Assembly (NCBI RefSeq): GCF_009914755.1
Contig: NC_060938.1
Reading direction: 5' to 3' (one strand)
DNA from: the human T2T-CHM13v2.0 reference genome, Homo sapiens
DNA: 64,000 nt
Below the pieces are notes generated by a model. The model ran no database searches. It was not told where the DNA came from and saw only the letters and a list, made by a program, of their open reading frames with translations. Each line of letters begins with the position of its first letter. Position 1 is the first letter of the stretch. Below are positions 46,408-60,329 of this stretch, in pieces. Both the position numbers and the translations under genes were made by a program.

Positions 46408-47062
46408 TAAATCATCCAATGTTTTCATTCACTCCTTTCATAAGGTCTTCATGTGGATCTGTGTTCAAACATTAACTGTCATCACTGCTTTTTTACTGCC
46501 TCCTAACAATATAGCTGACAAGTAAAGAAAAGATAGTTCTTACCATTGAGATATTTTTCTAGATACAGTGTTCTGGGCATATGAGGCCTGGAATTTCTGC
46601 AACCAACTTTGGTACCATAAAAGAAGTCAGCCTGAGGATGCCAGCACACGTAGGTAGTGCTGAAAGAATCGTAAAGAAATGGAGCTGGAGTCTTGATCAA
46701 ACCCTTCCTGAAGCTAATCTTGTAATTTTTCAGTTATATGAGCCAGCTATCTTTATTGTTTAAGCTAGTTTAAGGTAGGTTTTGTCCTTTCACCTAAAGA
46801 GACTTAACTGATAAGAGAATTCCCAATGTATTTAAGTGTAAACATCAAGCTTCTTATCACACCCTTATAAGCCCCTTGCCTCCTTTTCTGACCTTTTCTT
46901 TCACTTCCTAACTCTTCACCATGCTGTGATTACATAGTTCTTATTCCTTGAATAAGACTATTCTACCTTCCAGTTGCTGCTCCCTCCTTTCTAACGGCCT
47001 GCTCCATATCTTAAGACATTTAACTCCTGGGCATTCAAGTCTCAGCTCAAATCCCACCTCTT

Positions 47063-47274
<212 letters not shown>

Positions 47275-48024
47275 TCCCATCTCCTCAGGGAGGACTTTCT
47301 GATGATCTAATTTAAGTTACGTTCCCCACTGCCCACCCCACATTCCTTCTTGACCAAAATACCTTGTGTTTGTTAGAGTTCTTATCCCTATTTGAAGTTC
47401 TTTATTTTTGTGTTGGCTTGTTGATTCTGTTACCTTGACTATAATATAAGGCCCACAGGGCAGGGGCATTGCCTGTGTCGTTCATTTCTCTTTCCCAAGT
47501 GTCCGGCATGGAGAAGTACTCAACAAATATTTGCTGAAATAGCAATGGCCTTTTGGATACACACACTGTGTATGAGGGTCCAGCTGGGGGAGGCCCTCTG
47601 GGTAGGGTTTAAGAGCAACTGTCCATTCCAGTGCATTCTCCTCGGGGTTTAGTTGTCTTCTTCCCATGTCATGCAGTTGTTTCATCTATGCTGCCTAGTT
47701 CTATTTTTTTGTCTCTGCTCTCTCAAGAATCTGTTTCTTCTTTAGGAGGAAATAAGAAAGGGCACTTAGTGTTTAGTTGTGAACGCAGACTCTTGAAGGT
47801 GAGAAAAAAGAAGATTTGACTTCAAGAATACAAGAGGAATGAGCAAATGACAGTAAGGAGCCGGAGGCAGCCAGGCTGACCTGTGTCATGAGCTGTCCTA
47901 CTCACTATGGTGTATTCAATCAGGCATAAAGCTGTGATTCTCCTAGGGCTCAGAGGAGGCAGCCATGCTCTTGTCTTAGCAGAGGTCAAAGTACAAGAAC
48001 TGATCAGAGCAGAGGGTTTTTCTA

Positions 48025-48030
48025 TTTATT
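48025..48030 (-). terminator. ERG28 polyadenylation signal (AATAAA on -)
   Basis: TTTATT on +, about 640 nt past the ERG28 stop, with TGTA just upstream on the - strand. Confidence 0.7.
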
Positions 48031-48665
48031 ACAAAAGTTGTTACACAAATACAGCTGACCAGAAGGTCTAAAAACAGCCCAGACTCTTCCAACCCTCATG
48101 CATCTGTAGATAGAAGGAGAGCTGTGGTCTTGCTCACACACAGGGGAGCCCTTCTTAGAAGAACTGCCTGTCCCTTGGAAGGTTCAGAGTCTTGGGTCCA
48201 GCAGCAGAGAGGAGCCCAACCTGCGTGGACAACCCCTTGAGGCAGCCCTTGGTCACAGCTGCTCTGGGTGGGCAGCAGGTTTAAGTTTCATAGTTCACAT
48301 GTTCCCACCACACAAGTCAAATCAAGGCATGAAAATAAAAGGGAAAAAGGGGAAGGCTGGAAAAGGGAGCCTGGAAGAGGTTGCAGGTAGGGGAAGGAGA
48401 CACAGTGGGCTTCCGAGAAGCTGGCAATTTCTTGACTTGGATGGAGTTACGTAGTATTCACTTTAAAATTATTCTTTAAATTGTACGTACATGTTATATA
48501 CTTTTCAGTATGCATATCTTTAAATTTTAAAAATTAAAAAAAGAGGCTAAAAGTGAATAAAAGGGCAGATGATGGAATAGAAAAGAAATTAAAGAGGAGA
48601 GACGACGAAGGAAGAAGATGGCCAAGGTGGAAAACGAGAAAGTCCTGGAGGTGATAATGCTGGCC

Positions 48666-48745
48666 TCAGTTTCTCTTCTTCTGTCTGGATACTGGTTCTA
48701 CTTCTAGATACCGGAGCCCGACCAGCATACCCAGGATGGAGAAAC
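48666..48745 (-). CDS. ERG28: ERG28 exon 5, coding part (SFSILGMLVGLRYLEVEPVSRQKKRN*)
   Basis: tttaag| acceptor, 80 nt to TGA; total CDS 423 nt = 140 aa. Confidence 0.93.
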
Positions 48746-48881
48746 CTTAAATACAGAGGAAAGACTAGTGACTAACATACATACGGTACCTTTCTTCTCT
48801 CTCTCTCCTGTGTCCACCCTCTGTACTAGCTCTAGAGCTGGCACAGCTCCTGTAGGAGGTCTAGGGTGGTTGGATGCTTAC

Positions 48882-49000
48882 TTGCCACCATCAGGGGTGC
48901 CAGGACGCCAATCGTGGGAGCTGCAGTTCCATAGACAAACAACTCAGAGAGGAAATGCCCCAGGGCAAGGAGGAAGGTCCAGAGTGTGATGTGATAGAGC
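48882..49000 (-). CDS. ERG28: ERG28 exon 4 (LYHITLWTFLLALGHFLSELFVYGTAAPTIGVLAPLMVA)
   Basis: ttatag| and |gtaagc, 119 nt; Erg28-family HFxSE motif. Confidence 0.95.
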
Positions 49001-49927
49001 CTATAAGGAAGCAGACAGAAATGGGAACCAAAGTTACTGTTTGTTCAGAACAGAGGAAAAGTATCAGACTTCATACAGACAAATAAGAACCCAGGATGTC
49101 ATTAAGACTTAAAAGAAAGGACACTTGTTCCTGAGGAAGAGCTGGTTATTTGATCACAACGATATTCTCATCTAGGGCAAAACTGAAGGTTTCAACTGCT
49201 AAACTGAGAGGAGAATGGTTCAGGCATCCAGAATGAACGTCCAGGTCTCAGCAAAGTGGTGAACTCAGCTATAGCAAAGCAGAGCCTGAATGATGACAAT
49301 CGCAGGCAGTGTAGACAACTTTGGATCCAGCACGCTTACATATTCTATTTATCCAAATTGGTTGACTCTGCAGTCTAATCCCACCTGGCAGGCATCTGGC
49401 CATGCACTTGTCGGTGTTTATAAGATGGATGCCACAGAACGAACGGCCTCATGGGGAGTAAGGAGCAAGGACACCTCTGGGGCTTTTAGATGCTCTTGCA
49501 ATATACGTTGGTTACTTTGTGCCTTAGCCTAGAAAAGTAGTCACATTGAGGACATGGTGACAACCTCATGGGAAAAGAACTTATCTTTCAGCTTTGACTA
49601 TAAGGTAGAGAAGAGACAGGCTACTAGGTGACTGACCACTTTGTTTGCTGATATCTTTTTAGTATAAAATTTTTTAAAATTATGAAATACTTCAAACATA
49701 CAAAAAAATTACTGAACACTATAATGAACACCAATGCAACCAACACCCAGCTCCCTCAGATCTTAACATCTTGACATTTTGTTTCAGACTCTTCTAATAA
49801 AAACTTACAGAGAAGAGTTAAATCATCCTGTGTATACTTATCCTGCTCTAAGTCTGTTCTCCCTCATCCCCACAAGTAACTGGTATCTTACATTTGATTT
49901 GTATCTCTCCTGTGCATATTTTTACAC

Positions 49928-50235
49928 CTTTTTTTTTTTTTTTTTTTTTTTTGAGACAGACTCTTGCTCTGTCTCTCAGGCTGGAGTGCAGTGGCACAAT
50001 CTTGGCTCACTGCAACCTCCGCCTCTTGGGTCAAGTGATTCTCCTGCCTCAGCCTCCTGGAGTAGCTGGGACTACAGGTGCACACCACCACGCCCAGCTA
50101 ATTTTTGTATTTTTAGTAGAGATGGGGTTTCGCCATGTTGGCCAAGCTGGTCTCAAACTCCTGATCTCAAGTGATCTGCCCACCTTGGCCTCCCAAAGTG
50201 CTGGGATTACAGGCAGAAGCCACCCGCGCCTGGCC
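49928..50235 (-). mobile_element. Alu (AluS-like)
   Basis: Long T tract plus reverse-complement dimer. Confidence 0.9.
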
Positions 50236-50433
50236 CATTGTGGAAACAATATGTATGTGTGTTGACTTTCAGTCTCTAGTTAGGGAGGGAATAGGATCAG
50301 AATGCACATCAGAAGTGCATCGATCAAAGTCCTAGGCTAGAAAGGTCTAGAAACAGGAGTCAGCGTTTGCAGCTGTCCTGTGTGGGGAGAGGTGAAAGTA
50401 AATGGTAACTGAGGTAAAGATAAGTCTGGGTCA

Positions 50434-50757
<324 letters not shown>

Positions 50758-51425
50758 TCACTTCAAAAGCACAACAATCAAAAGATATATCCCTCATACT
50801 CATCAGCAATTCTTCATTGTGGTACAGGTCTTTAAAATGATTGTTCAATCCTCCCTTCCTCTTAGTCACCCTGAGAGGTAGAACAGATATCTATTCTCAT
50901 TTTATGGATGAAGAGGCCAAGGTGCAAGGAAGGTGAATAATGGACTTGCTACTGCAAAGCTAGTTACCAACAGAACTGGGCCCAGAACTAAACACACTGC
51001 TTCCAAAAGTATGTGTCATTCTAGGACAAGTAAACTGCAGGTTCAAGTTTGAAAAAAAATTAAAAAAAAAAAATAAGGTTGAAGAGATCAAACGGCTAAT
51101 AGCCCTGCTTCAAATCTCACTTGAGTCAGTCTTTCTTTAAACTAACTGTATCTCTAATATTTAGATGTGCAAAATCAGGAATGAAAATCATGACCTCCAG
51201 GGCTGCTAAGAAAAGACTTAATCAAGATCACGTAGATAAAAGCTCAGCATAATAAGAGGGGCTTAATAAATATTATCGCCTCCTGTTTTCCCCAGATGCC
51301 AAGAGCCTGGATAAGACAGAAAAACATTTTAATGTGAAGTTGGCATTCAGATAGCCTCCCTCGGTGACCTGAACAAACTGTTTCCACCTAGAGTGTGATG
51401 ATGACTCCCGCTGGGAAGAAAGCTC

Positions 51426-51444
51426 GAGCCCCCTCTAGTGGCCA
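51426..51444 (-). promoter_or_regulatory. Candidate CTCF site
   Basis: Minus strand reads TGGCCACTAGAGGGGGCTC, close to the CTCF core consensus. Confidence 0.6.
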
Positions 51445-51997
51445 GCACTGGTTATGGCTTCTGATTGCCTGCAATTGTTCCACCCTGGTCTGTTTGAGTA
51501 CCCAAGACGGGTAGATTCAGGAGCCCTAGCTTCTCTTTCACCCTCACCTGCTGATGCTGCATACACATACAACAGTTTACTTGTGGGTTCCTCTTTTTTC
51601 ATGGATTGTGATTTCTGTTCATTCCTGCTTCTTAAGGAGGAATGTGAGAAAGGTATGTGTGGGTGGCTACTCTAAAAAGAGCATACCACTCTACTTCTTT
51701 AGTAGAAGAAGGGCTGATTCTTTCATAAAGAAGTGGAGGGGCATGATGCAGGCCACTGGATAATGGCCTGCCAGTTTGCTATGTCAGTTCCAAAGAATTT
51801 TCAGACTTTAATGAAGACCTGTTAGGTCTACTATGTTTTCTAGGCTTGGAGGGAATGTAACCTGTGAGTTTTTTATTATTCACATTCTAAGCTAATGCAT
51901 TAAAATGATTAACAGTTCCCATTACTCAAGGTAACAGGTATGCCTCGCATCTGATTTCCAACAAAAGGATGCTAAAGCTCTTCCTTCCCTTACATAC

Positions 51998-52088
51998 GTC
52001 TTGTTGTGAATGTCAATGGCACAGAGGCAGCGAATCACTGATGAGAGCAGCGTCCAGATCCCAAAGGTCCGAGCTTGGAGGCCATTCA
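51998..52088 (-). CDS. ERG28: ERG28 exon 3 ([31 protein letters not shown])
   Basis: acacag| and |gtatgt, 91 nt; Erg28 signature ARTFGxWT. Confidence 0.96.
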
Positions 52089-53390
52089 CTGTGTAGCAGA
52101 AAAAAGCAAGAGTGTTCAGAAGGGGAGACTTGAGGTTCCTTCCAAACTCCTCCTATTTCACTGGTGGTTCATGGGAGATAGGGAGCTGGACCTGACCTCT
52201 CTGTGGCTGGGCAGGATGGAGGTCCTAGTGGCAACATGGGAACTAGAAGGAATAGAAGGAATTCCAGAATGAGAACTTCTCAGATTCTCTTCAAATGTCT
52301 ACAGTTGGAAGGGAAGTTCCAAGAGTGGAAACCCACAAAGAGCCCAGTTAGGCAAATAACTCCTAGATATAGTAATTTACCCCTTTTGTCCTGGAAGCCT
52401 AGAGGGTCTGGATCAGGACAGGTTTTGGGGAATGTTGTAGAGACTGATCTGGAAATGCAAGATGCCCAGGAGGCCAGCAGACTTTCAAGGCTGATCCAGG
52501 AGAGAACTCAGAGATACTGGGGACCAATTTAGATGCCCATATATGGTCTTTAAGATATGTGAGTGCCTGGGTCTCTTCCTGCATCCAGATCTATGCTGTT
52601 GGATGAACCAATACCAGGTTGGTTTCCTGTGTGCATGGCAGTGGGACAAAGCACTGTTTCTTTGGTGTTTGCTGGGGGCATCCTGCTGTTGGTAGCTTTG
52701 TTCTGACATTGCTGTATTAAATATCTTGTCCTGAAAGTATAGGTCATATTCCACCATAACAGTGGTTCTTGACTTTGGGCATTTATTACAATCAACTGAG
52801 GTAGTTTTATAAAATTACAAGGCCTGGGTACCAGACCAACTATATCGTATTCTCTGGAGGAGGGCCCCAGGCATAAGTATTTTCTAGAAACTCCCTGTTT
52901 GGGTAATTTAAATGCAAAACCATTGAGCTAAGGCATCCAGTGGCTCGGGGATGCCAAAACAGTGAAAGCAAAGATACTTCCTTTGCTGGTCTACTACCTG
53001 CTGAGTAAGATAAATTTTAAGGGACAAAATTGACAACTGAAAAGTCTACTAATGTTTACTTGGGCTTTAAGGATTTTTCCAGCCTTTGGAAAATCAGACA
53101 GCTCTCCCAAATTCACAATACTGAAGACCATTAGATGGTAGTGAGAAAAAATTCCATATGCCAACCAAATATCTAGCATTAGCCCTGGATAGCTATATTC
53201 TTTATAAACCAATTTGATAATGAGAAGACTAAGGACGTTTCTCTAGTTAAGAGTACTCAACCAGCCCTAACCAGATTAGGTATGAGGTGAAATTCTGTGG
53301 GACACTTTAGAGCACTGCTACTTTCAGAAGAGTACCATGAAGGCCCCTAGATCACAAGGGAGATGGCAGCCTCAGCTTCCGTGCTGGCTG

Positions 53391-53391
<1 letters not shown>

Positions 53392-53430
<39 letters not shown>
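53392..53430. repeat. (CA)n microsatellite
   Basis: About 19 uninterrupted CA units. Confidence 0.95.
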
Positions 53431-53432
<2 letters not shown>

Positions 53433-54475
53433 AAGTTCTGCTCAGCTATATGCCTTTAAGTCACATGACCTCTGGACCTCTTTGCCTCAACTTTAAACTC
53501 AAAGGGCTAGACCAGATGACCTCTAAAAATGTGTGAATCTATATAGGGTTCCATGACCACCTGAGGGCAGCATTTGAAGGTGAAAAGATGGAATTATTCT
53601 GCTCACTTTCCCAGGTTCTTTACTCTTATTATATTTGAGCTTTCTTAAAATGAGCCTTAGCCTACTTAATTTCATTTTATACTCAGACACTGCAGAAAAA
53701 CGAGCTAGGTCAGAGCCTGAATCTGGGTTAGCTATAAATGTGACACAGAATTGTCATCTGCTGTGAAACAGTGCTGCAGCTTAAACTACCCCACACATCA
53801 GCGTGATGAAGTGGAAGCTGAAATGGACACTCTCAGTAGAGAGGCTCAGGAAGCCAGGAAAGGCTGCCATGGGCCTTCTTAAGTTTCATTTTGGGAGACC
53901 AACTTGAAGGGATTTTAAATACCTTCTCAGGGACTATGTCACGGAAGACCTTGAATTAATAACTCTCCATCTGTAACATGGAATATGAGTCATGTAAGCC
54001 CCAGAATCATGTAAACCTGATTCTGAAGAGGGCTTTGAGATATATGTAAAGCTTCTTTATGGCTTTCTTGTCAGGCATCACAGAGTCACCAAGTAAGTCT
54101 ATTTCCTCACTTGCCCTTATAATGCTTTTTTTTTTTTTTTTTTAAATACATGAATTGCCCAGGGCAGTGTAAAATCAATGAAAAGTATTCAGAGAAGCTT
54201 GGGGGAAAAAGGGTCAAGTGCTCACCACAAAGTCTATTACTCCAGTAGCTGCCAAAGGCTAGCTAAGGCAGCATCAGAATCATCTGGGAAGTGTTTTAGC
54301 AACTGGATTCCTGAGCTCCACCCAGGTTCAATAAATAGGTTTGGTGAGGGAAATGGGTACCTGTGTTTGTTGACGTTTCCTAGGTTACTCTGATGTACAG
54401 CCTGGTTTGGGAACCACAGCATAGGGCCAGTCCTATAAGTCCTATAAAGGATGCAGAAATTCTTTGATTTCTTAC

Positions 54476-54608
54476 CAAGGTTTGGCTTGCCAGTGTAGAG
54501 CTTTTCATAGAGAAAAGTGTGGTCTCGGAAGCTCTGCAGCGTGTTCCCCATGGCTATGATGGACACCATAACCAGCCAACTTCTTAACACATTCAGGAAA
54601 CGGCTCAT
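54476..54608 (-). CDS. ERG28: ERG28 exon 2, coding part (MSRFLNVLRSWLVMVSIIAMGNTLQSFRDHTFLYEKLYTGKPNL); full exon 54476-54639
   Basis: GTCATGA start, |gtaaga donor, tccaag| acceptor 31 nt upstream of the ATG. Confidence 0.95.
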
Positions 54609-55133
54609 GACTCCCCTCAAACGTGGGAGGGCTTTTTGCCTTGGAAACAAAGGCAGAGGACATGAGACAATGAGGGCCAGTCTATGTTAACCATAAGCAG
54701 GAAGGGAGGAAGAATGAAGCAGGCCAAAAAAAGAAATTCAGTCACACTAATAGTGGTGAATGAACAGTATACTTTGCAATAAGTGGCACAGTACTTATCC
54801 TTGTCTAAGCAATTTCTCCAAAATATTACCCTAAATCAGAACTCCTTTTTCTGGGTTGGAATCAGTCCTCTATCTTTACTTCTATACCTTCATGTTTTCA
54901 TGCCATTCCTTCGTAATGCAAATAGCTCAAAGGCGATTATAACTATACTCACAGACACCTGCCTGGCTATTGATGACGGATTCTTCCAAGTGTATGGAAC
55001 TTTATAAATTTGAGTAGGACTTATGGTGTGAGGTCACTATTTACATCCCTAGGTTTTCTGGACTCTGGTTCTCAGGTATACCATGCTCCATAAACTAGAA
55101 GAACAATCTAAAAGTTAAAAATAAACTGCTGTG

Positions 55134-56039
55134 TGTCAACTCCAAATAAAATCCTAAGCCCATCACGGACTGAACAGAGCCCCTCTTGGCCTAGGGGACC
55201 CCAGAAAAATCCTAAAACTGAGCTCCTGGCCATGACAAGATGGGAGGTCTGACATGCCCTGTTATATTCGTTGTGTTTTCAGGTTTAGAGACAGCAACTT
55301 ACCAGCATTAAAGTTAAAATAGAGATCATAAGAATGACACAACAGATTCTTTGTGCAATAAGATACCAAATTATAAACAAGACCTAAGGCCATGCCAGGC
55401 AAGGGTTAAGTTACACACTCCTACATTTAAAGAATAAAAGTTATATTCTGCCACAAGGTTTTTTTTTTCTCCAGCAGCTAGATGAACACTGGCCTTGAGA
55501 TAAGCAATATTAAAACAATTGCAGCTCATCCAGCTCACAGAGGCTGACTACCTGACCCCTGTTCCACCAGTTGTAACTACAGCTTTGATTGGACAAGAGA
55601 CTGATTTCAGTAATTTTCTCCAGATAAGACCACCAACCGTGGACTGCTCCTGGCCAGTTTAGCAGGATCACACACTTGAGTGTCTTGGTGTCCTGAAAAG
55701 ACTTTTTGACGTATAGAGCCTAGGTGTGATAGACTTAAATGTTAGGTCTCCACTCCAAAGTGAACAGGGTTCATATGTGGTTACATATGTTTGTTCAATA
55801 TGCATGTGTCAGGACAACCTTCAGGAATATTCACAGCTCCTCCTGTAACCTGTCGAATGTGTATGTTTAGCAAACCTGTTCAGCATGAAGCTCTACCCCA
55901 AACCCTTCTCCTTCAAAGTAACTGTCTCTGGTCTTGGTGGGAGGCACTCTTCCCTGTTGGGTGGCTGTAACCCTTTGCAAGAGATAAAGCCTCTTTTCCT
56001 TTTTTCCAAATTTATAAATTGTGTGTGTTTAAGTTAACG
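55134..56039 (+). mobile_element. ERV1 solo LTR, MER49-like, in ERG28 intron 1 (antisense to ERG28)
   Basis: TGTCAAC...AAATAAAATCCTAAGCCC...GGGGACCCCAGAAAAA start, GTTAACG end, 4-bp TSD TGTG. Confidence 0.75.
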
Positions 56040-56443
56040 TGTGAGTTTAGGACTAGTAAGAAAATTATATAGCGAAGGAAACAGCAATCTTGGTGTTGGG
56101 TTGCAAGAAAATAATAGGTTTCAGTCATTGAGCACTTACACCGTGAACTGTGCCAAGCACCTAACATATATTACCATTTAATCTTTACAATGAGGTAAGC
56201 AGGCACTATTAATATTTCCATCTTACAGATGAGGGTTGGAACAGAGAGGTTAAACAAGTTTCTTAAGGTCACACAGCAAAGTTGGCAGAGCTGAGATAAG
56301 AATCATGGTCTGCTGGACTGCTGCAGTGCTACCTCATTGTTTGAGACTATTTTAATGAAGTTCCCATTTTTTGAGAAAGAAAAGCATACCATATCCACTT
56401 TTGTCTTCAAGTTGTATGGAAAATACAATTAGATTACATACTT

Positions 56444-56668
56444 TTTGTTTTTTAATTTATTATTTATTTATTTATTTTTTTGAGACAGGGTCTTGCTCTG
56501 TCACACAGGCTGGAATGCAGTGGCATAGTCATGGCTCATTGCAGCCTTGAAATCAAAGGCTTAAGTGATCCTCCTACCTCAACCTCTCCACTTGGGCTCA
56601 ACTGATCCACTCACCTTGGCCTCGCCTCCCAAATGCTGGGATTACAGGTGTGAGCTACAGCACCCAGC
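56444..56668 (-). mobile_element. Internally deleted Alu (AluJ-like)
   Basis: Reverse-complement Alu arms with (TTTA)n tail. Confidence 0.8.
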
Positions 56669-57878
56669 CTTTTTTTTTTTTTTTTAAGGCTTAGTTCAAC
56701 TCTTGTTGAGTAGTAATTTCAGTTAGTCTGATTTAAATAAAACCAAAATAGATAAATAATCTAATAATGGAATGACTTTTTCCCATCCTCATTATTATTT
56801 TCTTGGTCCACGGTTTATCTGTTGTCAGGTTAACCTCTTGGGCCTGAAGTGGTAATAAACTAACAGGCTTTCTTTGTCACTTTGGCAATACAAGTTTCGG
56901 TATTGTTCTCTGCTACCCAGTGGGACAGATATTAAAGTCAGCAATGGCCCAAGACAGTGTGAAACACCGCCGCCCCCCCCGCCAACTCCCCGCCCCAAAC
57001 AAGCAATAAAGAGATCTAGAGAAGGAAGGGTGAATTGATGAGCCCTTCAGGGAGAGCTGGATCACAAAGGTGGTCTCTGTCGAAGATCAGAGAGACTGAG
57101 GGTCTACTGGACATCACAGGCCATTATCATTTGGGCCAAGATCCACCCATCCTCTTTATTTTCTCACTCTCTCTCAAGAGGAGACTCCTCCGGGGTTTAG
57201 AAAAGCTGCATGGATGCACCTCTCCACTTTTCTGCACAAGTATGCCTTCCATTTCACAGAAGTGTTATCTGTTAGAAATCCCAACAGATAGCTGATGAGG
57301 ACAGAGCCTGAGCACTTCTGAATTGCTCTGCCAATTTCTCAACCTAATTTCCCTAAAGCTTAAGGGCCTCTTAGAGTGTATACAACATCTATTTCCAAAT
57401 TTTGTCCTGGCCCTGGCCCAGCCCAGCCAAGCCCAGCCCAGCATAGGTGTGCTGTTAAAACTTAATCAGGAGAAAGGGATTCTTATCCTGGCCCTACCAC
57501 TTAGTAGCTGTGTGACCCTGGGTAAGTCATTTACACTTTTCAGTCTCGGTTTCCTCATCTGCAAAATGGAGATAGAAATATCAACCCGAAGGGCTATTGT
57601 AAGAATTATATGACAAAAAGTGAAGGCTCTTTGTACAGTGCTAGGCTCATAGTGGCTGCTCATTCGCTCATCCATTCCTTCGTTCCTTGAATTCACCAAG
57701 CCTTCTCCATCTTCCTAGCTCCCCCTTGTCATCGCCTCTCGAAACCTTTTCCCCCCAAAAGGTTGCCTTCCAGTTATCTTCCTTCCATCCCACCTCCATT
57801 TTTCCAGACTCTCCGGATCCTCTCAATCAGAAGCAACACAGACACCTACATCCCTCTTCTCCCCCATATTCTCCTTAC

Positions 57879-57990
57879 CTGGCGACCGGGCCCCCAGCAC
57901 AGCAGTGGCAGCAGCAGCCGCTGCCGCAAACAAGCTCCCCCAGGACAGCTCCAGCCCGGAGTCCACCTGAGCCATTTGTCCCCGCCCCCT
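57879..57990 (-). other. ERG28: ERG28 non-coding exon 1 (5' end approximate)
   Basis: Strong donor CCAG|GTAAGG on - at the edge of the CpG island; CCAAT boxes lie just upstream. Confidence 0.75.
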
Positions 57991-58680
57991 CCCTCAGCCC
58001 TGCTCCAGGATTGGGCCGTTTCCGTCAGTACTCTCTCTGATTGGCTGTCCCGGTTTCGCCCGAGCAGGAGATGGGGAGTGAACCCCTTTACTGCCAATCA
58101 GCGGTTGCCGCTGCCTAAGCCTCTCCCCAGGTACGCCGCTCACGCCGTAAGCCCTCCTGTTGGACCTAGCGGAACTCCGGGTTTGGAGTCAACCTCTTAG
58201 GGGCGGAGAAAAAAACAGCGGAAAAAAAAAAAAAAAAGAAGACTCCCTTCAGCTGAGGGCAGGGCTCTGCGCCCGCGCTGCGCGGCGGTGACGACATTCG
58301 CCCGCGTCCGCAGCTGAGCGTTATGAGCGCCTGCGCAGTGGCTCCGAGCGGGCGGTTGCTTGTTGGTTGTTGTAGTAACCGGGGAAGCAGCCGTCGGCGG
58401 CTGCCCTGAGCCTTCCTGGGGAAGGAGGAGGGAGGTAGGCGCAGAGCGCGGTCCACGCCTGCTCGCCCCGAACCATGGGAAGATGAGACAGGTAAACGCC
58501 TGCGCCCGCGCGCTTCCCTACCCTAGGGAGGAGCATTCCCGGGTCCGGGCTGGCGCCTGCAGCAGGACTTCCCGCTCAGAGCCCGGGAGTAGCTGTTGGC
58601 TTCCGGGCGCGCCGCGTTGAATCGCGGCTGCGGGGTCGTCCCGTCCTTCCCGGGGGGAGCATCTGCGGACCTACGTGGGA
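57880..58680. promoter_or_regulatory. CpG island, bidirectional ERG28/TTLL5 promoter
   Basis: Only CpG-dense stretch in the window. ATTGG at about 58010 and 58040, CCAAT at about 58094, GC boxes, NRF1-like GCGCCTGCGCA at 58327-58337, divergent splice donors at 57878 and 58492. Confidence 0.9.
58350..58491 (+). other. TTLL5: TTLL5 non-coding exon 1 (5' end approximate)
   Basis: ACAG|GTAAAC donor within the CpG island. Confidence 0.75.
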
Positions 58681-59399
58681 TTGGGGTGAGCTGGGGGTGG
58701 GGCTGAGAAGCAGATTCCTTTCGGGAGAGGAGTCTCCTTAGGTGAGTATCTCTACTCTTCTTCCGATAGACCTGTTTCTCCCCGCTCTGCAGGCAGCCTA
58801 GGAGAGGTTGGCATCCCTTCCCGTTTGGAGGTTTTGTTTGTTTAAACTTAAAGGGCTTCCCAGCATTTTGGGAAAGATCAAGAAATCCCGTTGAGAATCC
58901 CCTGAAGAAAGCCATTGAAGTTGTTAGACATTGCCTATTGCGCCGAAGATCTTTGATCATTATCGGGGTCTGTTTTTTTTTTGTCTTATTTACAGTCTCA
59001 TCGTATTTATGAATGCATGGAAAAGTTAAGAAGGATTGATAGCAAGTAATTATCGCTGAGTAATTTGGGATTATGGTCATTTAAACATGTTTCTTTTATT
59101 TGTAGTTCCTATTTCTTCTTCTGACACACACAACGAACATGTACTTTTTTACTTTAGAAAAAATATTTTAAGTTAGAAATGCAGTGTTGGAAATTTCCTA
59201 ATTTCATCGTCTATTTGAGAGTCGTACCAAACTTTGTGATTTTTAGGAAGAATAATTTTTAAGAGTGGAAGGGCATTCCTCCCCTCCCCCACCTATTTAT
59301 ATGGACCTTTGATTCAAGAGAATATATTCATCTTTCGGTTCATTGTTGAATTTATTTTACTGGAAACATGATGGCATCTTGTCAGCGTGCTTGTCATAG

Positions 59400-59783
<384 letters not shown>

Positions 59784-60239
59784 TAACCCAGGCCAGGTTT
59801 GTCTAGCAAGGAATATATGTTTTAGGGAATCAGTCACCTGCCTCAAACTGAGTGAAAGTGAGGAGTCTATCCTTTTGGTGCATATTCGATTTAGTAAATA
59901 ATGAGAAACTCAAACTTAGTAACAGCTCTTCAAATATATAGAGCACAGACTGTATGTTTGAAAAAAATCTTGATTTTTGTGGCATATTGAGGCACATATT
60001 GAGGCACATTCCATATGTTATGGAAAGTAAACTTCTAGAGGTTGAGCACTGTTTAGGAATATAGTCATTTTCATTACTTAGATTATCAGCAATAACCAAT
60101 AAATAGACAACTGCATTGTGTTTCAGGTCAATTGATCCAATCAAGTTGATTTCTTGCAGGAATCTGTGCCATCCAAATTGCTTGATCCAGTGAATCTGCT
60201 AGGAAAGGTCTCTGAGGCCCCCGTCTGCTGACTGCATGA

Positions 60240-60329
<90 letters not shown>

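Noticed and set aside
54237-54650. 137-aa ORF as a complete protein
   Set aside because: It is ERG28 exon 2 extended into its flanking introns.
57687-59080. Long ORFs (117-185 aa) around the promoter
   Set aside because: Stop-poor CpG-island sequence giving low-complexity products, with no splice or homology support.
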